Counted from the stretch's first letter, positions 9,658-19,765 are shown. The stretch is DNA of 64,000 nt from Candidatus Nanoarchaeia archaeon (GCA_028714095.1 JAQTMY010000002.1:14636-78635), one strand, 5' to 3'. Notes: generated by a model not told the origin, from the letters alone. Numbers and translations are program-made.

Positions 9658-10120
9658 TAAAGTTTCTTTGATAGACTATTGTATTCCTTGTAAGGCTAGA
9701 TGTTGCAAGACTGGAAAATTAATCGGATCTCCTATCCTCTCAAATAAAGAAGCAGGGAGAATAGGTAAAAACAATCTTAAAAAAGTAAAATTTCCTAAAG
9801 GAGAATATTGGGTTATCAAAGAGCAACAAAGTACTAATCGATGCTTTTTTTTAAATAAACAAAATAAATGTAAACTTCAAAATCTAAAACCTCTTGATTG
9901 TTTATGTTATCCAATTAAAGCAGTTTATGAAAAAGATCTTATAAGATTTATAACTGATTCTGATTGTCCGGCCTCAAGCTTTCTTAATAAAGAATTTATT
10001 AGAGAATCTAAAAAAATAGCTATTAAATCTATCAAACGTTTTGATAGAGAGACATATCAGCATTGGTTAGATAACTATGTAGGATGGGTTAGAAAGACCA
10101 TCAAATTAAATAAAGTTTAA
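9644..10120 (+). CDS. YkgJ-family Zn/Fe-chelating domain protein (CxxCxxCC)
   Basis: CIPCKARCCKTG, plus later Cys and Cys-Leu-Cys motifs. Confidence 0.55.
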   Translation: MNQNNKVSLIDYCIPCKARCCKTGKLIGSPILSNKEAGRIGKNNLKKVKFPKGEYWVIKEQQSTNRCFFLNKQNKCKLQNLKPLDCLCYPIKAVYEKDLIRFITDSDCPASSFLNKEFIRESKKIAIKSIKRFDRETYQHWLDNYVGWVRKTIKLNKV

Positions 10121-10193
10121 GCTTCCGCCGAGATTCGGACTCGGGACCCCGTCCTTACCAAGGACGTGCTCTACCAGACTGAGCCACGGAAGC
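10121..10193 (-). tRNA. tRNA-Thr (anticodon GGU)
   Basis: The reverse complement GCTTCCGTGGCTCAGTCTGGTAGAGCACGTCCTTGGTAAGGACG...TTCGAATCTCGGCGGAAGC folds as a cloverleaf with anticodon loop TTGGTAA. Confidence 0.8.
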
Positions 10194-10200
10194 AAGAGTC

Positions 10201-10285
10201 TGAGGGGGACGAGATTTGAACTCGCGTAGACACTAAGTCACAGGATCTTAAGTCCTGCCCATTTTCCAGGCTCTGGCACCCCCTC
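10201..10285 (-). tRNA. tRNA-Leu (anticodon UAA), type II with a long variable arm, archaeal-type D-arm
   Basis: The reverse complement is GAGGGGGTGCCAGAGCCTGGAAAATGGGCAGGACTTAAGATCCTG...GCGAGTTCAAATCTCGTCCCCCTCA. The acceptor stem, anticodon stem and T-stem all pair. Confidence 0.8.
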
Positions 10286-10350
10286 ATTAGAATGAAAACA
10301 CTTGTATTTTGTTTATAAATCTTTTTATATGAGTTCTTCTCCTTAATCCC

Positions 10351-10692
10351 ATGGACATAAAAGAAGTTCCAAAAGGATGGGGTAAGGAGCTCTGGATAGT
10401 TAATAATGAGTTATATTGTGGAAAAAAATTAGTTCTTGAAAAAGGAAAACAGTGCAGCCTGCATTTTCATATCAAGAAAGATGAAACATTTTATATCCAG
10501 TCAGGAAAGGTAAAAATGGAAATAACCCATAATGACGGAAAAAAAGAAACTTTAATTATGAATCCAGGAGATAAGTTACATATAACCCCAGGATTAATCC
10601 ATAGGTTTTATGGCCTGGAAGATTCTGAAATCTTTGAATTTTCAACCCAGCACTTTGACGAAGACAGCTATAGGGTTGAAAAAGGAAATTAG
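10351..10692 (+). CDS. Cupin-domain protein
   Basis: WGKELWIV...SLHFHIKKDETFYIQSGK is a cupin_2 motif. Confidence 0.6.
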   Translation: MDIKEVPKGWGKELWIVNNELYCGKKLVLEKGKQCSLHFHIKKDETFYIQSGKVKMEITHNDGKKETLIMNPGDKLHITPGLIHRFYGLEDSEIFEFSTQHFDEDSYRVEKGN

Positions 10693-10771
10693 AGGAACAG
10701 CCTCGAAAATTAGAAGCATTTATATACTTGCTCTCCAACTAAATATAATATTTTATTAAAGGAGGTGCAAA

Positions 10772-10936
10772 ATGGCAAAGTTATTACTTAAAACCCACCT
10801 TAAAAGAGAATCAGGAAAACTTTACTTCTTGAAAGGAAGTCCTTTAGCTCTTTACGAAGTTAACATGAAGCGTGGTGGAACAAAGAAAAAAGCAAAGACT
10901 TCCAAGAAGAAAACAACAAAAAGAAAGAGAAGATAA
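10772..10936 (+). CDS. Small basic protein (54 aa, Lys/Arg-rich tail), not in the ORF track
   Basis: A GGAGGTG Shine-Dalgarno-like sequence lies 6 nt upstream. The product is MAKLLLKTHLKRESGKLYFLKGSPLALYEVNMKRGGTKKKAKTSKKKTTKRKRR. Confidence 0.35.
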   Translation: MAKLLLKTHLKRESGKLYFLKGSPLALYEVNMKRGGTKKKAKTSKKKTTKRKRR

Positions 10937-10975
10937 ATCTAAAAAAGATTTATTTATTTTTTTATTTATTATAAT

Positions 10976-12355
10976 TTATTTTTCTGCAAGAATTTTAGCC
11001 AATCCTGTATAGTTTGTAGGGGTTATTCTCTTAAGCTCATCTTTGATTTTTTCATCAATATCCAACCCGTCAATGAATTTGGCAAAATCATCCATTGTTA
11101 CCTTTTTTCCTCTTGTAAATTCCTTAACTTTCTCATAGGATTCATCAAGTCCCTCCCTTCTTAGTATTGTCTGAATTGCTTCAGCAATAACTTCAGGATG
11201 TTTTTTTAATTCATCGATCACTTTTTCTTCATCAACAGATATTTTTCCAAGTCCATTCATTACAGCTTTATATGCAATTAGGCTATGGGCCATTGCTACC
11301 CCAAAATTCCTTTTTACTGTTGAGTTTGTTAAATCTCTCTGCAATCTTGAAATAGGAAGTTTCCTCGCAAAGAATTCATACATTGCATTAGAAAATTCTT
11401 CATTTCCTTCGCCGTTTTCAAAGTTTATTGGGTTAACTTTGTGGGGCATTGTTGATGAACCTGTTTCTGTTGCAACAACTTTTTGTTTAATCCATCCATC
11501 ACTGATATATCTCCACATATCCTGGTTAAAATCGGTCAGTATGCGATTAAACAACATAATTTTATTAAATAAATCAACATAAGAATCACTTGATTCTATC
11601 TGGGTTGTTATTAGACTGGGTTTTAACTTGATAATTCTATCATCCTCACCTAGACTGTTTAATTTTCCTACAAAATCTACTGTGAAATTTTCCCAGTTAA
11701 TATTTGGATAAGCAACATGATGGGCGTTGTAATTTCCTGTTGCACCATTAAGTTTTACAAGAAGTTCACTGGAAGTAATTTTTTCAATTTGAGTTTCAAG
11801 CCTGGAAGCAAAAACCTTGAACTCTTTTCCAAACGTAGTAGGAGATGCAGGTTGTCCATGAGTTCTGGCTAGCATTGGAACATTGCTGTATTCATGGGCA
11901 AAATTATATATCCTTTCTTGAACATCTTCCATATTTGGGAGCATGACATACTCTAATCCATTACTTACCATTAATGCATAAGCGGCATTATTCACGTCTT
12001 CAGATGTTAAGGCAAAATGAACCCACTCCTTGCAGTCTGATAAAGAACTTTGTTCTAATCTTTGTTTCATAAAATATTCTACTGCTTTAACATCATGGTT
12101 TGTTTTCTTTTCAATTTTTTTAATTTCAAGAGCATCTTCCTTTAAAATATTATGCATATCTCTTATTCTGTATTTTTCTTCTGGGCTAAATTCTCTTACA
12201 TCTATCCTAGGATGTTCAGAAAGTGCAATTAAATATTCTCCTTCTACAAGAATACGATAACTCATCAAAGCTTTTTCGCTAAAGAAAGGTGAAAGTTCTC
12301 TAGTATCTTCATAATATCTCCCATCAATTGGGCTTATTGCATCAAGCGGATCCAT
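10976..12355 (-). CDS. purB: Adenylosuccinate lyase
   Basis: Fumarate-lyase signature GSSTMPHKVNP; length 459 aa. Confidence 0.9.
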   Translation of the reverse strand: MDPLDAISPIDGRYYEDTRELSPFFSEKALMSYRILVEGEYLIALSEHPRIDVREFSPEEKYRIRDMHNILKEDALEIKKIEKKTNHDVKAVEYFMKQRLEQSSLSDCKEWVHFALTSEDVNNAAYALMVSNGLEYVMLPNMEDVQERIYNFAHEYSNVPMLARTHGQPASPTTFGKEFKVFASRLETQIEKITSSELLVKLNGATGNYNAHHVAYPNINWENFTVDFVGKLNSLGEDDRIIKLKPSLITTQIESSDSYVDLFNKIMLFNRILTDFNQDMWRYISDGWIKQKVVATETGSSTMPHKVNPINFENGEGNEEFSNAMYEFFARKLPISRLQRDLTNSTVKRNFGVAMAHSLIAYKAVMNGLGKISVDEEKVIDELKKHPEVIAEAIQTILRREGLDESYEKVKEFTRGKKVTMDDFAKFIDGLDIDEKIKDELKRITPTNYTGLAKILAEK

Positions 12356-12417
12356 GTAAAAAACCTATTATTTAGTCTAATAAAGCTTTATTGGTTTATA
12401 TCCTATATTTTATAATA

Positions 12418-12489
12418 AGCCCCTAGCAGGGATTGAACCTGCGACCTAATGCTTACGAAGCATTTGCTCTACCGCTAAGCTATAGGGGC
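12418..12489 (-). tRNA. tRNA-Thr (anticodon CGU)
   Basis: The reverse complement is GCCCCTATAGCTTAGCGGTAGAGCAAATGCTTCGTAAGCATTAGGTCGCAGGTTCAATCCCTGCTAGGGGC. The anticodon loop is TTCGTAA. Confidence 0.8.
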
Positions 12490-12490
12490 A

Positions 12491-12628
12491 TTAAATCTTC
12501 TCTAGAATTTCTTCTTTCGTGTATTTTCTCTGGCAGTTACTGCATATAGCTTTTTTCTTAAAGAAAGTTCCTTTTATCTTTTCCAAAAAAGTTTCCTGTA
12601 TTTTCTCCTTGCAAATCTCGCATTTCAT
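12491..12628 (-). CDS. Small zinc-ribbon protein (45 aa, two CxxC motifs), not in the ORF track
   Basis: The product is MKCEICKEKIQETFLEKIKGTFFKKKAICSNCQRKYTKEEILEKI. It abuts the tRNA-Thr. Confidence 0.35.
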   Translation of the reverse strand: MKCEICKEKIQETFLEKIKGTFFKKKAICSNCQRKYTKEEILEKI

Positions 12629-12700
12629 AGTCTAAACTTAAATTTAAGATATTATAAACTTTACCAAAACTTTATTAAATTAAATAACTAGGCTTATCTT

Positions 12701-14467
12701 ATGACTAGGATTGCTGTTGTTAAAAAGGATAAATGCAACTCTGCTAAATGCAACTGGCTTTGTTTTAATCTCTGTCCTATTAACAGGACAGGAAAGGACT
12801 GCATAACAAAACAGGATGACAAAAAACCAAGGATAGATGAGAAGCTATGTACTGGTTGCGGTATCTGCCCTAACCGATGTCCTTATGAAGCAATCTCAAT
12901 AATAAATTTGCCTGAAAAACTAAAGCAAGAACCAATAATAAGGTTTAACTATAATACTTTTGAATTATTTTCTTTACCAGTTCCAAAGCATAATAAAGTA
13001 ATTGGAATCTTAGGAAGAAATGGAATTGGAAAATCTACAGCATTATCTTTATTGTCTGGATTGATAAAGCCAAACTTTGGTGATTTCAAGAGTCCTCCAA
13101 AAGACGAAGAAATTATCCATAAATTTTCAAACTCAGAGTTAGGATTATATCTTAAAGGATTGTATGATGGGAAAATAAAATGTTCATACAAACCACAAAG
13201 GATAGAATTATTGCCGCAGTTTTACAAAGGAAAAGTAAAAGACCTGGTAAAAAAAGTTGATGAAAAAAACCTTTCAGAGTTATTGCTTAATCAACTTGAG
13301 TTAAACCACTTGCTTAACAGGGATATTTCAGAATTATCAGGGGGGGAACTTCAAAGACTGGCAATACTTGCATGTTTGGCAAGAAATGCTCATTTCTATT
13401 TTATTGATGAGCCAGCTTCTTTTTTAGATGTAACCCAAAGAATTAAGGTAGCTAAATTAATCAAGGAACTGACTAAAGATTCATCTGTAATTGTTGTTGA
13501 GCACGACTTAGCAACTTTGGATTATATTAGTGATGAAATCCAGATTGTTTATGGTGTCCCTGCTGTTTATGGTATTTTTTCCCAGTCAAAATCAACAAGA
13601 AGAGGAATCAATGAATACCTGGATGGCTATCTTCCTGATGATAATATAAGATTCAGGGATTATAAGATTAAATTTTCAGATGCAGCAATTTCCAAAGATG
13701 TTCAGAAAGAAGTTGATTATGAGTATCCTGCCTTAGATAAAGAATTTAAAGATTTTGTTTTAAAAGTTTCTCCAGGTAAACTGCATAAAGGAGAAGTCCT
13801 AGCTGTAATGGGGGCTAATGGATTGGGTAAAACTACTTTTATCAAAATGCTTGCAGGTCTTGAAAAACCTTCTTCGTCAAATAAATTAGAACCAATAAAA
13901 GTTGCATATAAACCCCAATATTTACATGCTGTAGATGGAACAGTAGAGGAATTTTTAAGAAAAGTTGCTGGTTCAGAATATGAATCAGGATGGTACAAGC
14001 AGAATATTTTGGAAAAGTTAGGAATACATTATATTTTAAGGAATGAAATAAAAAATCTATCAGGAGGAGAACTGCAAAAAGTTTATGTTGCAGCAACTTT
14101 ATCTACAGATGCAAGGATATTTGCTCTTGACGAGCCCTCTGCCTTTGTTGATGTTGAGGATCGTTTAAAGGTAGCAGAAGTTATAAAAGAATTTACAATT
14201 AAAAAAGAAGTTGCTACTATTGTAGTTGACCATGACGTCCAGTTTATTGATTATCTTGCTGATTCTATGTTGGTATTTGAAGGTAATCCAGGAAAAGAAG
14301 GTTTTGTTCTCAGTCCATTAAATAAGAGAGAAGGGATGAACAAGGTTCTGAAATTACTTGATATTACTTATAGAAGAGATAAGGAAAATAATCGTCCTAG
14401 GATTAATAAACCAGGCTCTCAGTTAGATGAACAGCAAAGAGAAAAAGGAGAATACTATTATAGTTAA
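12701..14467 (+). CDS. abcE1: ABCE1 / RNase L inhibitor-like ribosome recycling factor (4Fe-4S domain plus two ABC cassettes)
   Basis: The N-terminal ferredoxin-like Cys clusters are CNSAKCNWLCFNLCP and CTGCGICPNRCP. There are two Walker A motifs, GRNGIGKST and GANGLGKTT, and signature motifs LSGGELQ. Confidence 0.9.
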   Translation: MTRIAVVKKDKCNSAKCNWLCFNLCPINRTGKDCITKQDDKKPRIDEKLCTGCGICPNRCPYEAISIINLPEKLKQEPIIRFNYNTFELFSLPVPKHNKVIGILGRNGIGKSTALSLLSGLIKPNFGDFKSPPKDEEIIHKFSNSELGLYLKGLYDGKIKCSYKPQRIELLPQFYKGKVKDLVKKVDEKNLSELLLNQLELNHLLNRDISELSGGELQRLAILACLARNAHFYFIDEPASFLDVTQRIKVAKLIKELTKDSSVIVVEHDLATLDYISDEIQIVYGVPAVYGIFSQSKSTRRGINEYLDGYLPDDNIRFRDYKIKFSDAAISKDVQKEVDYEYPALDKEFKDFVLKVSPGKLHKGEVLAVMGANGLGKTTFIKMLAGLEKPSSSNKLEPIKVAYKPQYLHAVDGTVEEFLRKVAGSEYESGWYKQNILEKLGIHYILRNEIKNLSGGELQKVYVAATLSTDARIFALDEPSAFVDVEDRLKVAEVIKEFTIKKEVATIVVDHDVQFIDYLADSMLVFEGNPGKEGFVLSPLNKREGMNKVLKLLDITYRRDKENNRPRINKPGSQLDEQQREKGEYYYS

Positions 14468-15018
14468 ATTAAATTCTTTTTTTCTAATAGCCTCCATGGA
14501 TAACCTTTAAAGTCCTGTTCCCCGATTTTTGCTCCAATTTCTTCCAAGATTTTAAATAAATATTTTTTAGCTTCTTCAATGCTGGAAAAATTTCCTTTGG
14601 CTTCAACCTCAATGAAATTTCCCAATTCTTTTACATTATCTATTGCAATTAAAGTGTTTTTATAGCTCCAAGTCTTTCTTGTTTTATCTACTACAATGAG
14701 GTCCTTAATCCCAAGATTTTTAAAAATCCGCTTTAAAGAATTAATATCATCTATTTTAGTTTCAAACTCATCACAGGAAACACAATTTCCTTCTTTATTG
14801 TGCCAGTTTTTGTAATTTAAGCTGAATCCTTTTTTACTTTCTCTTATTCTCAGCCATTCAGATATTGGTTTTTTCTCAAGAAAATTCCTGTGAGGCAAGT
14901 TATAATAATAATCTTTTTCATTGGATTCTTTTTCAAACTTTGAGGTTAATTTTAGTTTTTTTACTAATTCTTCAGTGTTTAGGAGAGGAAATTTAAGTTC
15001 TATCTCAATATTTTCCAT
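14464..15018 (-). CDS. CYTH-domain (triphosphate tunnel metalloenzyme / class IV adenylyl cyclase-like) protein
   Basis: The N-terminal EIELKF motif (ExExK) is typical of CYTH. Length 184 aa. Confidence 0.6.
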   Translation of the reverse strand: MENIEIELKFPLLNTEELVKKLKLTSKFEKESNEKDYYYNLPHRNFLEKKPISEWLRIRESKKGFSLNYKNWHNKEGNCVSCDEFETKIDDINSLKRIFKNLGIKDLIVVDKTRKTWSYKNTLIAIDNVKELGNFIEVEAKGNFSSIEEAKKYLFKILEEIGAKIGEQDFKGYPWRLLEKKNLI

Positions 15019-15261
15019 CCCAATATTAAGTTAATCTCTTATTAAAAGTTTATTGTGATTGACCAAAATCCTTATAAATCTCATCAAGTTCTTTTTTAGC
15101 TTAACAAACATCCAGCCTTTCTAGGCTTTTTTTAAAAGAGGAATTATCTCTCAGAACTATCTTTCTTTTATTAAAAGACTTGGAAAACGCTGGAAAAACA
15201 AATTGAAAGGGAAAAAATTCGTCAAAAAGAAAAAATCCAAAAAACATAAGGAGTAAACATT

Positions 15262-15609
15262 ATGTGTAGCATCTGTGACGATCCCTATTCCCCTGAGTTT
15301 AGTAAAGAGGAAATGAAAGAAATAATCTTGAGGGGAAAAGAAGAAAATGGTCCTGAAAAATGGGAAATCAGCGATTGGAATCGCCTTTTAGAGCACCTTT
15401 TTTCATTCGGAGGAGATGGTTGTCCAATTTGCAAGACTTTATTTAATGAAGCAGATTCAGACTTAATGAACGATCCAATCTGGATTAAGCATAGAATCAA
15501 GAAAGGTGAATACGAAAATCCTGAAGAAATGAAGAGATCAGCAGAAGAAATCACCAAACGAAGGGGAGAGTTTCATGCCGCAAAAGAAGATTACTTGGGC
15601 AAACAATGA
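15262..15609 (+). CDS. Hypothetical protein with two Cys pairs (CSIC...CPIC)
   Basis: ORF only; a Shine-Dalgarno-like AAGGAG lies upstream. Confidence 0.3.
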   Translation: MCSICDDPYSPEFSKEEMKEIILRGKEENGPEKWEISDWNRLLEHLFSFGGDGCPICKTLFNEADSDLMNDPIWIKHRIKKGEYENPEEMKRSAEEITKRRGEFHAAKEDYLGKQ

Positions 15610-15688
15610 AACAAGCACTCCTAACAGGATCGAAAGAAAAAGTCTCAACTGAGAGGCTTTTTCTTTAACAACAAGGTATATACTAGTA

Positions 15689-16930
15689 TCAATAATAAAC
15701 AAAATTACCACACAACTCTTTTACTCTTTCATTTATTTTTTTTCTTAGTTCAATATCAGAATAATTATGAATTATTTTGGAAATATAATCCCCAACAATT
15801 TCCATCTCACTTTCCTTCATCCCTCTTGTTGTTAATATTGGAGTTCCTAATCTTATCCCAGAAGGCTTGAATGGAGTTGAAGGATCAAAAGGAATTGTAT
15901 TAGCATTAGTAATTATTCCAGCCTCTTCCAGAGCAACAGCAACTTCTTTTCCAATACCTTCTTTATTCAAAGTTTTAATCAAGTCAATCAAGATTAAATG
16001 AGTGTCAGTCCCATCAGAAACTAATTTTATATTCTCAGACATTAATTTAGAAGCTAGAACTCTAGCATTTCTAACAATTTGATGACTGTATTCTTTAAAT
16101 TCAGGTTTCATTGCTTCATTAAAAGCAACAGCCTTTGCAGCAATTGAATTCTCATGAGGGCCTCCCTGCAGTCCAGGAAAGACAGCTTTGTCAATCTCTT
16201 TTGCAAATCTCTCCTTGCATAAGATTATTGCTCCTCTCGGCCCTCTTAGTGTTTTATGTGTAGTTGAAGTAACTACATCAGTAAAAGGAAAAGGACTTGG
16301 ATGAGCATCTCCAGCAATCAAACCAGCAATATGTGCCATGTCCACCATGCTTATTGCATTTACACTTTGAGAAATGTCATGGAACTCTTTAAAATTAATC
16401 TGTCTAGGATATGCAGTATAACCGCTTAAAATTAATTTTGGTTTTTCAAGCTCAGCTAACTTTCTTATCTTATCCATATCAAGTAATCCAGTTTCTTTTT
16501 CAACTCCGTATTCTACAAAATTATAATACTTGCCAGAAAAATTTACTTTAGATCCATGGGTTAGATGCCCTCCATGACTTAAGTTCATTCCTAATATTTT
16601 ATCCCCTAGATTAAGCAAACCAAAATAAACAGCCATGTTTGCAGGGCTTCCAGAATGCGGTTGTACGTTTGCATGCTCAGCATTGAATAATTTCTTTGCT
16701 CTTTCAATAGCTAAAATTTCAACCTCATCAATAAACCTGTTTCCCTGATAATATCTTTTTTTGGGATATCCCTCAGAATATTTGTTCATCAACACACTTC
16801 CAGCAGCTTCCAGAACAGCCTTGCTGCAATAATTCTCAGAAGGAATCATATTAAGTTCATTTTTTTGTCTAAGAACCTCTTCCTGGATTAAATCATAAAT
16901 TTCTTTATCTGTATCAAAGATATTTTTCAT
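15689..16930 (-). CDS. glyA: Serine hydroxymethyltransferase
   Basis: The PLP lysine region is VTSTTHKTLRGPRGA. Full-length SHMT similarity. Confidence 0.9.
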   Translation of the reverse strand: MKNIFDTDKEIYDLIQEEVLRQKNELNMIPSENYCSKAVLEAAGSVLMNKYSEGYPKKRYYQGNRFIDEVEILAIERAKKLFNAEHANVQPHSGSPANMAVYFGLLNLGDKILGMNLSHGGHLTHGSKVNFSGKYYNFVEYGVEKETGLLDMDKIRKLAELEKPKLILSGYTAYPRQINFKEFHDISQSVNAISMVDMAHIAGLIAGDAHPSPFPFTDVVTSTTHKTLRGPRGAIILCKERFAKEIDKAVFPGLQGGPHENSIAAKAVAFNEAMKPEFKEYSHQIVRNARVLASKLMSENIKLVSDGTDTHLILIDLIKTLNKEGIGKEVAVALEEAGIITNANTIPFDPSTPFKPSGIRLGTPILTTRGMKESEMEIVGDYISKIIHNYSDIELRKKINERVKELCGNFVYY

Positions 16931-18489
16931 AAGGGTCCAACTCTGCTCATTCTTTCAGTTTTTTCTTCAGATTTAAGTCTTCCTAACTCCTCTTCAGTGT
17001 AGTTACAAACTAAATATTTGGAAAGCAGAGGTTGTTTCTCTTTCATGATCTCATAAATCCTATAAGCAATTTTTCTATAAGATTCATGAGCTAATGGAAT
17101 AGTTCTTAACTTAATTAAATGAGAGATTTCTCTTAAATTCATTGTCAATAAATATCTTTTCTTAAATCCCAAAGGCAATAAGTACTGAGCTTGCAATGGA
17201 TATTTTTCACTTACTTTTTCATAAATCTCTTTTGCCCTATCCATCGCTTCCTTGTATTTTATTTCCATTCCAGCATTGATAATATCTTTAGGCACATCAT
17301 AACCTAGATTTGTTGTGAATCGTTGATTTGTCTGCGTACATATCCTGTGTCTTTGCAGATCTCTAAAAGCACCATAATCAATTATGATATCAAAAGTGAA
17401 CTGTATATGCTCTAATTCTCTCATAGGCCAGTCATGCTCTGTCATATCTTTGAGGAAAGTATCAAATATTTTTTCCCTTTCCTCATGACTCATATGCTTG
17501 ATTTTTTCCCTTATATTTGAAAATGGTTCTTTCTTATACTTATACAATATAGAGGAAATTATCATTTCTTCTGCATCAGTAGGATTGTAGACTAAAGTTA
17601 CAGGCTCTGCATTATGATTCATAATATCAAAAGTATCTCCTAACCAAGTCATTTCTCTCCTTGTTTTGATTAAATAATTTTTTTCATCAGCATATCTTAA
17701 TAAAGAAGGCAAAACCTTGGAAGCCTCCTGTTTTATCTCTTCTCCAAGTTCTTTCATCTCTTTTAGTGGATGGGATTTTAACTTGCTTATCGCATGGCTT
17801 AGTTGTCTTGCATTTACAGTCCATCCTAAACTTGTTTTTGTGCATGTAGGCAATAAATATCTTATTGCATCAAATCTTCTTGCTCCGCAAGCTCTCTCCC
17901 ATGCAGCCTCATTCATATCTTGTTGTAAGGGAACTATAGATTTGACATAATTTAATACAGGATCATGCATTTCCAGATAAACCTTGAATAATTCATTGAG
18001 ATATTTTTTTATATCCTCATAATACTCTGAATTTTTTAAATCCTCATCTATGTAAAAGGAGCTTGTATCAAAAGAAACATATCTTGTTGACTTTTCAATA
18101 AAAGAACATAGTCTGTTATCTTCTATTACCTTTGTTGCTAAAATACTTATTCCTTCTAAACTCAATCCTATTACAGCACCCTCTGCAACAGAGCTGTGTC
18201 CATAACCCAGTACCCATCTTTCCATGAACTGTATTGCTTTTTCTGTTGCATTTTTTGATTCTAATCCTCCTTTTATCTTTTCAATCTCGTCTTTTAGTTT
18301 TTCAAAATTAGAAGTATCTTCTTTTAATAATTTCAGGAAGCTCTCTCTCATTCCTTCCTTAGATCTGCTGTATCTTGCCTGCATCAAAGCCCATACTTCA
18401 GGATGAAAATTTTTAGTGGCAAATACTTTCCTGTCAGAATTAGTAAAGAAATAGTTTAGTACTATTTTTTCTTGGTCTGAATATTCCAT
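16927..18489 (-). CDS. thyX: FAD-dependent thymidylate synthase ThyX (long/duplicated form)
   Basis: The ThyX RHR motif region is DLQRHRICTQTNQRF. The start was trimmed to MEYSDQEK to avoid overlap with tmk. Confidence 0.8.
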   Translation of the reverse strand: MEYSDQEKIVLNYFFTNSDRKVFATKNFHPEVWALMQARYSRSKEGMRESFLKLLKEDTSNFEKLKDEIEKIKGGLESKNATEKAIQFMERWVLGYGHSSVAEGAVIGLSLEGISILATKVIEDNRLCSFIEKSTRYVSFDTSSFYIDEDLKNSEYYEDIKKYLNELFKVYLEMHDPVLNYVKSIVPLQQDMNEAAWERACGARRFDAIRYLLPTCTKTSLGWTVNARQLSHAISKLKSHPLKEMKELGEEIKQEASKVLPSLLRYADEKNYLIKTRREMTWLGDTFDIMNHNAEPVTLVYNPTDAEEMIISSILYKYKKEPFSNIREKIKHMSHEEREKIFDTFLKDMTEHDWPMRELEHIQFTFDIIIDYGAFRDLQRHRICTQTNQRFTTNLGYDVPKDIINAGMEIKYKEAMDRAKEIYEKVSEKYPLQAQYLLPLGFKKRYLLTMNLREISHLIKLRTIPLAHESYRKIAYRIYEIMKEKQPLLSKYLVCNYTEEELGRLKSEEKTERMSRVGPL

Positions 18490-18490
18490 T

Positions 18491-19120
18491 TTAAATATCT
18501 TCAAATAGTCTTTCTTTTTTAATGACTTCAAGAATCTTTTTATGAATTTCTTCTATGCTTCTGCTTGCATCTATAATCCTTACTTTGTGTTCTGGAAGTC
18601 TTTCTGATAATTCTAAATAGTTTAATCTTACTTTTTTTAGAAATTCAATTTTTTCAAAAAGAGTTTTTTGATCTCTTCCAGAATCATCAATTCTTTGCAT
18701 GGCATGTTCTGGGGATATATCAAATAATAATGTTAGATCAGGAACAGGAAGTCCTCTGTGTTTAGCTATCATGTTATTTAGGTTTTGCCCCTGTGCCTGC
18801 TGATAAGCCAAAGTAGATAAAATATACCTATCACATATTACAATCCCCCCATATTCCAGTGTAGGATTAATTAAATTTTCAATATGATGTCTTCTGTCTC
18901 CAACAAAAAGATTCAAAAAAACTTCAGATTCTGCCAAGCCTGTTTGATTTTTAAGTAATTTATTTAACTGAATTCCTTGTTCTGATTGCAATGTTGGTTC
19001 TCTTGTTATTAAAACATGATTTTTTTTGGACAAATCAAAAAGAAATCTTGACAATATATTTATCTGAGTACTTTTCCCGCACCCATCTATCCCCTCAAAC
19101 ACAATAAATTTGCCTCTCAT
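18491..19120 (-). CDS. tmk: Thymidylate kinase
   Basis: P-loop FIVFEGIDGCGKSTQ. Confidence 0.85.
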   Translation of the reverse strand: MRGKFIVFEGIDGCGKSTQINILSRFLFDLSKKNHVLITREPTLQSEQGIQLNKLLKNQTGLAESEVFLNLFVGDRRHHIENLINPTLEYGGIVICDRYILSTLAYQQAQGQNLNNMIAKHRGLPVPDLTLLFDISPEHAMQRIDDSGRDQKTLFEKIEFLKKVRLNYLELSERLPEHKVRIIDASRSIEEIHKKILEVIKKERLFEDI

Positions 19121-19246
19121 TTCCTTTTTTAAGTTTAGTTTTCTATTTAAAGATTTAACAACTAAATTATATAAATTATTCTAAAAATTTCGCATAAAAT
19201 TTGTTAATTATATTCTCTAGACTATAAATGTTTATAAACATCTATT

Positions 19247-19262
19247 TTCTACAACAACACTA
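19247..19262. promoter_or_regulatory. NrdR box (operator) in the divergent tmk/nrdR intergenic region
   Basis: ACACTATATATTGTGG matches 15 of 16 positions of the NrdR-box palindrome consensus acaCwAtATaTwGtgt. Confidence 0.6.
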
Positions 19263-19309
19263 TATATTGTGGTGTTATACTAAAATACCTACAATAGGTT
19301 GTTACCACT

Positions 19310-19759
19310 ATGAAATGCCCATTTTGCTCTAGTTTAGACTTGAAAGTCGTTGATAGCAGGGAATCAGAAGATACTATCAGAAGGCGTAGGGAGTGTCTAA
19401 AATGTGAAAAAAGGTTTACAACCTATGAAAGAATTGAAACTGATTTAATGGTTGTAAAGAAAGATGGCAAGCGTGAACCCTATGACAGAGAAAAACTAAA
19501 GAGAGGCATTTTAAAGGCCTGTGAAAAAAGGCCAATACCCTTGGAAAAGATTGATGATATGATAGATAAGATAGAGCAGCAGCTTAGAAAACTGGATACA
19601 TCAGAAATAAAATCTACAGTGATTGGCAATAAAGTAATAAACAAATTAAAAACACTTGACAAAGTAGCTTATATCAGATTTGCATCAGTCTACAAAGAAT
19701 TTGCTGATATAGATTCCTTCCAGGAAGAATTAAAAAGTCTAATAAAAAAAACGAGGTGA
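19310..19759 (+). CDS. nrdR: Transcriptional repressor NrdR (Zn ribbon plus ATP-cone)
   Basis: MKCPFCSSLDLKVVDSRESEDTIRRRRECLKCEKRFTTYE. Confidence 0.85.
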   Translation: MKCPFCSSLDLKVVDSRESEDTIRRRRECLKCEKRFTTYERIETDLMVVKKDGKREPYDREKLKRGILKACEKRPIPLEKIDDMIDKIEQQLRKLDTSEIKSTVIGNKVINKLKTLDKVAYIRFASVYKEFADIDSFQEELKSLIKKTR

Positions 19760-19765
19760 GGTTGT

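Noticed and set aside
15019-15261. Palindrome GCCTTTCTAGGC followed by TTTTTTT, which resembles an intrinsic terminator
   Set aside because: It lies in a divergent promoter region between gene starts, and archaeal termination does not require such hairpins. It was not called.
16927-18531. Annotated ThyX start at 18531, which overlaps tmk by 41 nt
   Set aside because: An internal Met (MEYSDQEK, ATG at 18489) removes the overlap and leaves a 1-nt junction with the tmk stop. The start was trimmed.
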